From NCBI GenBank assembly GCA_021817985.1, contig JAKAFK010000004.1, positions 13,505-77,504 of the forward strand: 64,000 nucleotides of DNA, read 5' to 3'. Position numbers and translations under genes: made by a program. The notes below the pieces were generated by a model. That model did not search any database, was not told where the DNA came from, and saw only the letters and a list, made by a program, of their open reading frames with translations. The stretch comes from Pseudomonadota bacterium. Lineage in GTDB: Bacteria; Pseudomonadota; Gammaproteobacteria; Burkholderiales; JAKAFK01. Of this stretch, positions 56,388 through 64,000 are shown piece after piece (position 1 is the first letter of the stretch; each line of letters opens with the position of its first letter).

Positions 56388-57974
56388 CTAGTTCGGAATG
56401 TAGCTGGTCAAGCGCGGAACCGCGGCACGAGCAAAACTGCTCAGGATCCGGTCGGCATGGCTGGGCGCTTCGCCGGGCGAGAGTTCCGTGGTCAAACGCA
56501 CCAGCGCGCCGTCCGTGCGGTTTCGCCGGAGCGCATCCCACAATAGATACCATTTCGCCAAGTATTCATTGGTAATGATCCTCCCCCGCTCCTGGAACCA
56601 GTAATACACCAGATCCTTGACATTCCCCTTGGCGATGACCAGACGATTCACGCGGAGCGGGTGCCCATTGACCCGCACCCCGCGCACATCTCTTTGCGTA
56701 AGGCTCGTAATTTCCCAGCCGCCCCCCGGAATGCAGGTGCGCGGCGAATGCGCCGACGCGCCCTTGCGCTGCGATGCGTAGTAGGCCACATAGAAATTGA
56801 CCGGCTTGCGCGCCGCGCCGATATAATTGGCCAACAGGTAGTCGGTGAATTTCAGCTGTTTGATGTAGATGTCGTCCAACTGTCCGCCCCGCCCTTGCCA
56901 GCCCGGAAGGCGCATGGGGAAGGTCGAAAAATCCTTTCGTTTCGGTGTGACTTCGGCTCGCTTGGGGAGCACAGTGGTGGCCAGGGCAACGAGAGCAAGA
57001 AGCCCCAACGCGACCAAATAGGAGGTCGGCAGCCGTCGGACGTGGGCACGCCGCACGCGGTCCGAGCGCGGCCCCTCCAGCCCAAATACTTCAGCCAAAT
57101 GGCGCCTGTCTTTGCCCATGCGGGCCATGACCCACATTTCCCCCACCAGAAGCGCCGTGCAGATCATGAAGATCACCCAGCCCTCGAACAGATGGAGGAA
57201 ACCCTCGGCCATCGCGCGGCCCCACCAGTCGACCGTCACACCCACCAAACCGATCCGGAAGCTGTTCATCAACACCGTCATGGGCACGGTGGAGGCGAAC
57301 ACCAACGCTCGTTTCCAGAAGGGCGCCTGAAACAGGTAAGCTGCCACGAACCCCAGAGTCATCAGCGGAAACAGGTAACGCAACCCGCTGCAGGCGTCGA
57401 CGACCTGCAATTTCAGGCTCCCGAGATCGATGACGTTGCCAGCAAGGTAGACACTGTCCCCGAACGCCCGAATGAAGTCCACGCCCAACCGCGAGGACAA
57501 CAGCTCGAGCTGCTCGGAAAGATTGTTGTAAAGAAAATTCGGCAACGGAATCATCAGGCCCAGGATCAGCACCGGGATACCGATCACCCGAAAGGCCCGC
57601 GGGCCCATGAAAGCCAGCGTTACGCCGGCCAGAACGACGAGAAAGGCATACTGCACCAAAATGTAAAGGGCGGAGAGCTGTCCTGCGGCATAGAGCAGGG
57701 CGCCCAGCAACACCACCGCGACCCCTGCCCAGGAACCGTCGAACGGCAGGCGCGCCAGTCGATCCGAGCGCTGCCAGACGAGGAAAAGCGCAATCAATGG
57801 AATCAATGGACCATAACTATATTCGGCATGGGCCGGACTGAACCACCATTGCGCCATCACCGCGAGTCCGGTATGGAAGACGGTCGCGAGAAGAACGGCC
57901 GCGACGGCTATTGAAGCCCAGGCTGCGACTGACAGCTTCCAAAGGCGGGGTTCGTGTCCGCTGACCGCATCCAT
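56388..57974 (-). CDS. Exosortase (VPLPA-CTERM type, XrtD-like) fused to EpsI domain
   Basis: VVDACSGLR (Cys), NSFRI (Arg), FLHLFEGW (His); EpsI HSPRTCIPGGGW..DGALVR. Confidence 0.9.
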   Translation of the reverse strand: MDAVSGHEPRLWKLSVAAWASIAVAAVLLATVFHTGLAVMAQWWFSPAHAEYSYGPLIPLIALFLVWQRSDRLARLPFDGSWAGVAVVLLGALLYAAGQLSALYILVQYAFLVVLAGVTLAFMGPRAFRVIGIPVLILGLMIPLPNFLYNNLSEQLELLSSRLGVDFIRAFGDSVYLAGNVIDLGSLKLQVVDACSGLRYLFPLMTLGFVAAYLFQAPFWKRALVFASTVPMTVLMNSFRIGLVGVTVDWWGRAMAEGFLHLFEGWVIFMICTALLVGEMWVMARMGKDRRHLAEVFGLEGPRSDRVRRAHVRRLPTSYLVALGLLALVALATTVLPKRAEVTPKRKDFSTFPMRLPGWQGRGGQLDDIYIKQLKFTDYLLANYIGAARKPVNFYVAYYASQRKGASAHSPRTCIPGGGWEITSLTQRDVRGVRVNGHPLRVNRLVIAKGNVKDLVYYWFQERGRIITNEYLAKWYLLWDALRRNRTDGALVRLTTELSPGEAPSHADRILSSFARAAVPRLTSYIPN

Positions 57975-58797
57975 GCATCAACCTCAAGCAGTTTTGATAA
58001 GTGGTTGCCGGCCCTACAATGCCGCTACGCATACCGCCTTGCGGGAATATCTCTTTCCCTGGTATGCGACAGGCGGCAGCGCTCGTCTTCACGAGGTCCG
58101 GGGGGCGGCTCGACTAAGAAGACGACTGGCGCCCTGGGCGCGGCATCGTGTCCTTCCAGGACATGCGGAAACACCGCTCGATGACCCCATAGCGCCCGGT
58201 GCCGACACTGCCGCACCTGCACACGCTTTCTGGTGAACCGACCCTTGCGGCCTGACGAGGACCTGCATGGACGCCAGCGCCCAGCCGGTGCTCATCCATA
58301 CCGGCGGTGCGGAAGCCTCTGCGCGCGGCATCGGCGCACCCCATCCTCATTGCCGAAGAAATCAAGGCAGCCCCTTCCCAATGACTCGCCCGGATCGCGC
58401 CGATATCGTCATGCGTGGCGCCTTGCCGGGCGCCGCCTAAGGCAATAGGCAGCGGCACTTTGTCCCATAAATAGGGCGCTTTTTCATCCATCATAGGAGA
58501 CTTTCACGAAATTTAAAGGCGGTCACGTCTCTTCCCCAATGGGATACGAAGCGTTTGCCGCGTCACAGCCGACGGCAGCATCCTAAATATTCCCCTAATT
58601 TGCCGTTGGAATTCTTCAGGAGGCTTTTGGGCCGCTGCGTTTCGCATTGCGACACGACCCGTGCCAGTGCATGGCGGCAACGCGCACGATCGGTATGACG
58701 ATGCGGGCAAGGAGACCCCATGCGCCGTGGCGCAGGATCCTAAGATGACGCGATGCGCCCGCCCGAAAGCGGACCTATCGACGACCGGGCCCGGACA

Positions 58798-59943
58798 TCA
58801 TTGGGTCTTCGGCGCCTCGCGGGCCACGCGGGATAGGAAAGCAAAAGTCTCTTTCGCGCACCGCGTCCACGAGTAACCCTTCGCATACTCACTGCCACAG
58901 CGGGCCAGCCACTCCCGTCTCGTGCGGTTGCGCACCAGCTCGCGCAAGGCGGTGGTCATGCTGCCCTGGTCTTCGGGATTGAAATAAACGCCCGCATCGC
59001 GCAACACTTCGGGCATCGGCCCGAAATCCGAACAGGCGATCGGGGCGCCGCAGGCCATCGCTTCCAGCAAGATGATCGGGAGATTCTCGCAGGTCGAGGC
59101 GAAGATCACGCAGTCTGCTTGTGCTGCATAGGCCGGAAGGCCATCGTAGGTCACCGCGCCGTGGTAGCGAACGAAACGGCGCTCCGGATCGAAACGCCGC
59201 ATCGTTTTCATGAGCTTGCGCAATGCCGGGGGGTAGGAGGGGCCGACCAGATCCAGATGCACGGGCAGACCTTCATTGCGCAGACGCGCGACCGCCTCGA
59301 CGACGCGCCATTGGTGCTTGTACATGTCGACGATCGAGACATACAAAAACTTCAATGGACGATCGAACGAATAGGCCTCGAGACCTCGCTGCGGCTTGGG
59401 AGAAGAAAAGAACTTCGCGCCGATGCCATGGGGGATGACGGCGGCCCGCGCGATGGTCCCAACCTCGCCTTCGACCCGGGCTTGCGCATAGCGCGTCAGG
59501 AAGATCACGCCATCGGCACGCCTGAAGGTCCGGGCCTGCGTCAGCCGCAGGATCGCGAGACGCACCGTCACCCGCGAAAGGCCAAAGCGCAGGAGTTCCC
59601 GGCCCTCGAACGGCAGCAGGTTCTGGGACATGGTCACGACCGGAATGGGGCTTTTGGCGCAGGCGCCGCCGGGGACGAACAGGATGTCGCACCGCTGCGC
59701 CGCAAGTCTCGGGAGCACGCGCCGCTGCCAATAAATGCGGCGAGCGAGGGGTCCTTCCAGATCGCCCACATGGGCATGCTCGATCCATGCTCTGGAAGGC
59801 AGGCGGCTCAAGGTCGCGCGTGAACCCCAGACCACGACCTTCTCGAACCCGGCCTCACCTGGATCGGCCGCATGCAAAAGTTCCGCGAGGTGCGTGAGGC
59901 CTCCTCCGGCCCGAATGTTCGAGGCATCGATCCCCAATATCAT
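58798..59943 (-). CDS. GT4 glycosyltransferase
   Basis: GIDASNIRAGGG, YKHQW, ENLPIILLEAMACG. Confidence 0.88.
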   Translation of the reverse strand: MILGIDASNIRAGGGLTHLAELLHAADPGEAGFEKVVVWGSRATLSRLPSRAWIEHAHVGDLEGPLARRIYWQRRVLPRLAAQRCDILFVPGGACAKSPIPVVTMSQNLLPFEGRELLRFGLSRVTVRLAILRLTQARTFRRADGVIFLTRYAQARVEGEVGTIARAAVIPHGIGAKFFSSPKPQRGLEAYSFDRPLKFLYVSIVDMYKHQWRVVEAVARLRNEGLPVHLDLVGPSYPPALRKLMKTMRRFDPERRFVRYHGAVTYDGLPAYAAQADCVIFASTCENLPIILLEAMACGAPIACSDFGPMPEVLRDAGVYFNPEDQGSMTTALRELVRNRTRREWLARCGSEYAKGYSWTRCAKETFAFLSRVAREAPKTQ

Positions 59944-59968
59944 GGCATGCCCCGCGGGACCCGGCCCG

Positions 59969-60763
59969 CTAGGCATCGACCCATGACCCATCCGTCTCAT
60001 AGCCCAGTCTAATCAGATTGTGGCCGGCATACTGATGAAACAGTTCGCGCGCCTCTTTCGAAAACTTGTTCTTCCAGTCCCCGGCCGTTCCCTTTCTCAG
60101 GAAGCTCCCTTTGACCTCCGTGCCGGCGCGCCTGCCGGCCATTGCCTGAAAAGAAAACCGCGCCTTCGCGCCTTCGAGCCTCGCGAGGTCGGGCGCGCGG
60201 CCCGTGACTTGCTCGATCGGTCCCTTGAGCGCCGCCGCTGCGTCTTCGAGGAGATGTTCGTACTTGACCATCACGGCGTGGCGTCGGCCGACCCATGAGT
60301 CAATGAATTCGTTCCAATTGAAATGAAACAGCTTCCGATTTTCGACGGTGAACAGGTATTCGATCACGCGGGGCAGGTTGGATTCCACATCCTCGTAGTC
60401 GCGAAATGGATTGTGCTTGCGCGCCCGCTCGACCAGAAAGGGGGAATTCTTTTCGTTGTGAAAGAACATGTGGTAGTACGCCGACACCATCACGTCCCGC
60501 CCGTCGCGAACCACGCAAAACACGTTCCTCATCAGGGGCGAATAGAGGCTGTGGCAGTGCATGATGCAACTTTCCAGCTTGGGTGCGCAGTTGCGCGGGA
60601 ACGGCACGTCGAAATAATGGGCCAGCATCTGCCCGACCCATGTGCCGCCGGACTTCGGATATTCGGTCACGATGTAAAGCGGCAAGACTTGGGACAACAT
60701 ATTCTTCATGGCCATGCGCTGAAGCGCGTCCATCTTGATGGCGAAACGAGGCCGATGATCCAC
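59969..60763 (-). CDS. Sulfotransferase domain protein
   Basis: EYPKSGGTW (5'-PSB), RDGRDVMVS (3'-PB), FLRKGTAGDWKN; GTG start inferred. Confidence 0.88.
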   Translation of the reverse strand: MDHRPRFAIKMDALQRMAMKNMLSQVLPLYIVTEYPKSGGTWVGQMLAHYFDVPFPRNCAPKLESCIMHCHSLYSPLMRNVFCVVRDGRDVMVSAYYHMFFHNEKNSPFLVERARKHNPFRDYEDVESNLPRVIEYLFTVENRKLFHFNWNEFIDSWVGRRHAVMVKYEHLLEDAAAALKGPIEQVTGRAPDLARLEGAKARFSFQAMAGRRAGTEVKGSFLRKGTAGDWKNKFSKEARELFHQYAGHNLIRLGYETDGSWVDA

Positions 60764-60855
60764 TGTTTTCTCCCTTCTCCAATATCGCCTATGATCCTCC
60801 GGGGGCTGTGCACCTCCCGCGCGTGAAAGCGGCTCCCTCGACCGATGCGAAACGG

Positions 60856-61995
60856 TCAGACGAGAGGGGCCGACAAGACTCTTTCGTAGAGTTCGCCATA
60901 TCGGCGCGCCACACTCGCCACGCCGAAGCGTTGACGAATAGCATTTGTCGCCGCTTCCGTGGGGTAACGTCGTTCCTCGGCAAAGCGCCTCAAGCGCCGG
61001 CAGAGGGCGTCTGCATCGTCCACAGGCACCCAATAGGCGACGGGAGCCCCTAGTTCCTTGAGCGACGGGATATCCGAGAAGATGCACGGCAGTCCGGTCC
61101 CGACCGCTTCGATACCCGCCAGAGGCAATCCTTCCCAGCGGCTCGCCATGACAAAACAGTCGGCGGCGACAAGCCAGTCGGGGACATCGGACCGAACACC
61201 GTGAAACAGAATGCTCGGGTCGCCTGCCGCCAACGATTCCAGCTCACCGCGCAGATCTCCGTCGCCGATGAGGTGCAGCGTGCCTTGCGCTTCCCCCAAG
61301 TGCGAGCGCTGCCAAGCCCTGATCAGGACGTCGTGCGCCTTCGGGGCGCTAGCGGCCTGACCGCCCCGGTGAGCATCCATGCGTCCGACCGACAGGTAGT
61401 GCAAACGCTCCACATCCAGCCCCAGCGCATGCTTTCGGGCCTGGGAACCGCGCATGTCCCGCATCGGCCACGCGAAACGAACGCCATTGAGAATCGTCGC
61501 AATCTCCCCGGTCACCAGCGTGCGGCATGACGTCGCGGCTTCGTGTCCGCACCCGATCGTGACCGCCGCCCGGTTGCCGCGCAACGCCAGGCGCTTATCC
61601 CAGCGCCCATTCAACGTCGTGCTGTGGACCGTCCTCACGATGCGGGGCGCCACGCCATACATCATCCGCATCAGGTAATGCGTGAGGTCCGTATTGGCCG
61701 TGTGCAAGTGCACAAGAGAAGGCTTGAGGCGACGAATTTCTCTCCCGTACCAGAACACGGTTCTCAGGCCGAGACGAGCGCTCGGCCCGGTGGCAAAGCA
61801 GACGCCGTGCGCCTCAAGCTGCTTGGCCATGGCCTGGCCTACCGGGTCGGTTCTGGAACTGAGCACAATCAAGCGCACCGCCGCACCCTGCTGCTTGAGC
61901 TCGCACAGGAGATCGACCACGAAGCGCTCGGCGCCTCCGGTGCACAACGCGCCGATGACATGCGCGATGACGTGCCTTTCCGCAACATGCCTCAT
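60856..61995 (-). CDS. GT4 glycosyltransferase
   Basis: GGAERFV, KAHDVL, SRWEGLPLAGIEA. Confidence 0.88.
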   Translation of the reverse strand: MRHVAERHVIAHVIGALCTGGAERFVVDLLCELKQQGAAVRLIVLSSRTDPVGQAMAKQLEAHGVCFATGPSARLGLRTVFWYGREIRRLKPSLVHLHTANTDLTHYLMRMMYGVAPRIVRTVHSTTLNGRWDKRLALRGNRAAVTIGCGHEAATSCRTLVTGEIATILNGVRFAWPMRDMRGSQARKHALGLDVERLHYLSVGRMDAHRGGQAASAPKAHDVLIRAWQRSHLGEAQGTLHLIGDGDLRGELESLAAGDPSILFHGVRSDVPDWLVAADCFVMASRWEGLPLAGIEAVGTGLPCIFSDIPSLKELGAPVAYWVPVDDADALCRRLRRFAEERRYPTEAATNAIRQRFGVASVARRYGELYERVLSAPLV

Positions 61996-63311
61996 GGCGG
62001 CGGCACCTCCGTGACATCCTCAGGCCAGTAAGCCGCTTGGGCGGCAGAGCGTCCGCCGCCCAGCAGTTTTGCGGACAACAGGAAGACGCCACCCACGGCC
62101 AAGGCGACATAGGCGGAATACATGAAGGGCACGGCCGCAATCGCGGTCGCCCCCCGCACCAGCATGTAACCGTGCCAAGTGTAAAATGGCAGCAGCAGTC
62201 CCAGGAGCTCCGGTCGCCCCAGCATCAGCCGCTCCCACGCGGAGAGGACGACACCCCAAAGGAGTCCCAAGACGACACCCGATGCACCAAATGAGACGTA
62301 TGCATCGGAATACCAAAGCGCGGGAAAGTGGAAGTAGATCGGCCATCCGGCGGGGATCCCCTCCATGAGCCGCGCGATATAGACGGGCGTATCCTCGATC
62401 TTCGGCGGTTTGTACTTGAACAGACGCAGGAACGGGTTGACGAGGTTGTAGGCATATTTCGTTAGGCTGTTGTACCCCGTATGCACCCCGACCTCGTCCG
62501 TCATCTGGAACGCAATCCCCATGCCGTAAACCAGCCCGGCATCCGGCAGCCCGCGCGCGCCCGGCGCGGACATGTCCTCCGCCTTCTTGTGCATGACCAC
62601 GGCGCTCACGCCGACCAGCAGAAAGAACACAACGAGACTCCGCGCCAGCAGCATCATGAAGTTTTTTCGATCGGCGAGCGTCTGGAAGTAGAAGACGATC
62701 GCCGCCGGCACGAGCGAAAGCAGCGCGAACGACCGAACATCCAGATAAACCGCGAAAACCAGGAAGGGGATCGTGGCCAGGGCCGCGCGGAGGTAGCGCC
62801 TCTGCAAGGCGCTCAGGGTAATGAAGGGGGAAGAGGCCCATAAGAACACCTGCGACCAGCTGGAGTGGTCATATTGAACGTAATTGTGGTAGCCCAGGCC
62901 CCGCATCTCCGTCCAATACGATGCCGCGCCGGCGAGCATCATCCCGAGGAACACAAGCCCGGCAACCCCAAGTCCCGGCTTGTTCCGGTCAATCTGCCAG
63001 GCCACGCGTGAGGGCTTGAGGCCCAAGATCCACCCCAGCCCTCCTTCCGCAAGGGCAAACAATCCATTGAAAACGAGCGCATAGCCGCACATGTAGCGTA
63101 TGGTGCGGGCGTGGATCGTTACGACATCGTGGTGCCATCCGCGGACATGGTCGAACGGCCCGGCGAACGCTAGGCCGAGCAGAAAAATCGAGAAATAGGT
63201 GATCAGGAGCCAAATGGCGGCGATCAGCCGGCGGCTCTTGAGCGTGCGCCAAAGCCTGATCACGCTCAGCACGACATTGACGAATGCCAGGGATATCGCA
63301 ACGTAGTCCAT
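61992..63311 (-). CDS. Polytopic membrane protein, putative Wzy polysaccharide polymerase
   Basis: About 10-11 TM helices, a large late periplasmic loop, DAYVSFG and LVRG; embedded among glycosyltransferases. Confidence 0.65.
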   Translation of the reverse strand: MDYVAISLAFVNVVLSVIRLWRTLKSRRLIAAIWLLITYFSIFLLGLAFAGPFDHVRGWHHDVVTIHARTIRYMCGYALVFNGLFALAEGGLGWILGLKPSRVAWQIDRNKPGLGVAGLVFLGMMLAGAASYWTEMRGLGYHNYVQYDHSSWSQVFLWASSPFITLSALQRRYLRAALATIPFLVFAVYLDVRSFALLSLVPAAIVFYFQTLADRKNFMMLLARSLVVFFLLVGVSAVVMHKKAEDMSAPGARGLPDAGLVYGMGIAFQMTDEVGVHTGYNSLTKYAYNLVNPFLRLFKYKPPKIEDTPVYIARLMEGIPAGWPIYFHFPALWYSDAYVSFGASGVVLGLLWGVVLSAWERLMLGRPELLGLLLPFYTWHGYMLVRGATAIAAVPFMYSAYVALAVGGVFLLSAKLLGGGRSAAQAAYWPEDVTEVPPP

Positions 63312-63316
63312 AGTCC

Positions 63317-64000
63317 TCACCTGCTGATCAAGACTGCATGCCGAAGATCGGTCGTCGCCTTGCAGACGGCCTGGTAGACCGCCAAATGCCCGCGCGCAAG
63401 GTCCTCCCAGGCCAAGTGTTCGGCCACGTACAAGCGGGCAGCTTCGCCCATCTGCTTCAGTCGATCGGAATCGCGGAGCAGACGTTCCAGCGTTCCAGCC
63501 AATGCCTCGGGGTCGTTCGGCCCCACGAGGGCTCCTGTCGTGCCATCGACGACCATCTCCGCCAGCGCCCCCACGCGGGTGGCCACGACAGGCTTGCCGA
63601 ACGCATAGGCCATGGGAATGACGCCGCTCTGGGTGGCGGAACGATAAGGCAGGACCAGGAGGTCGGACGCCTCGAAGATGCCGCGTATCTCCGTGTCGTC
63701 GATAAAGCGGTTGATCACCGTGACGCTGCCGCTCAACGCATTAAGGGAAGATGCGGCTATGGATCCGGCGCCCGCGATGATGAGCCGGGCACGGATGCCC
63801 CTGCGTTTGAGTTCGACCATGCAAGCCAGCAGATCCTCAAGCCCCTTGTAGGGCTCGATTCTTCCGAAAAACAGCATCGTCGGGCATTCGTCAGGTGCCG
63901 GGAGTTCCGGTGCCTGCATCCGGCCGCCCGCGATGCGGCGGGTGAGCCCGCCACCGTGCGGGACCACATAGGTCGAGGCCGCCAGGGCGCCGCCATAGCG
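63317..64000 (-). CDS. GT4 glycosyltransferase (5' end outside window)
   Basis: FFGRIEPYKG and PYRSATQSGVIPMAYAFGKPVV. Confidence 0.88.
   Translation of the reverse strand, partial: RYGGALAASTYVVPHGGGLTRRIAGGRMQAPELPAPDECPTMLFFGRIEPYKGLEDLLACMVELKRRGIRARLIIAGAGSIAASSLNALSGSVTVINRFIDDTEIRGIFEASDLLVLPYRSATQSGVIPMAYAFGKPVVATRVGALAEMVVDGTTGALVGPNDPEALAGTLERLLRDSDRLKQMGEAARLYVAEHLAWEDLARGHLAVYQAVCKATTDLRHAVLISR

Noticed and set aside
58025-58042. GGCGGTATGCGT resembling an ops/JUMPstart element
   Set aside because: It deviates from GGCGGTAG and lacks the JUMPstart hairpin.
58610-58665. Minus-strand GCAATGCGAAACGCA..CAAAAGCCTCC resembling a c-di-GMP-I riboswitch
   Set aside because: The core GGCAAA and GACGCAAA motifs and the second stem are not properly present; an Infernal hit would be needed.

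Overview
GC-rich proteobacterial chromosome segment, most likely from a chemolithotrophic sulfur oxidiser (aprMBA, persulfide dioxygenase, DsrE2). The left half (1-32 kb) is metabolic. It holds a phospholipid-replacement island with three sets of Pho boxes (olsB-like GNAT, exported Zn-dependent phospholipase C, PAP2, GT4, dgkA), a glycine-riboswitch-controlled gcvT-H-PA-tpx-PB operon with a thiol peroxidase inside it, aprMBA, metR/metE, a Dnr-type module, HD-GYP and persulfide dioxygenase genes, glnA-ntrBC, aroE-mtgA-lpd and a histone H1-like gene. The right half (32.6-64 kb) is a cell-surface island with two protein-sorting systems side by side (a JDVT-CTERM CAAX-type protease and an exosortase with EpsI) plus an EPS cluster with sulfotransferases. 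The most striking system is there. One secreted domain is encoded twice, once with a VPLPA/PEP-CTERM anchor and once on an Ig-like stalk with a JDVT-CTERM anchor. Both lie in a same-strand run headed by the sulfur carrier DsrE2 and a FadL-type outer-membrane channel. dsrE2 and all three PEP-CTERM genes carry the same sigma-54 promoter plus a 17-bp YGTC-N7-TTTACA enhancer. My inference is a co-regulated surface attachment and sulfur-uptake system. All calls were made by eye from motifs; no database searches were run.
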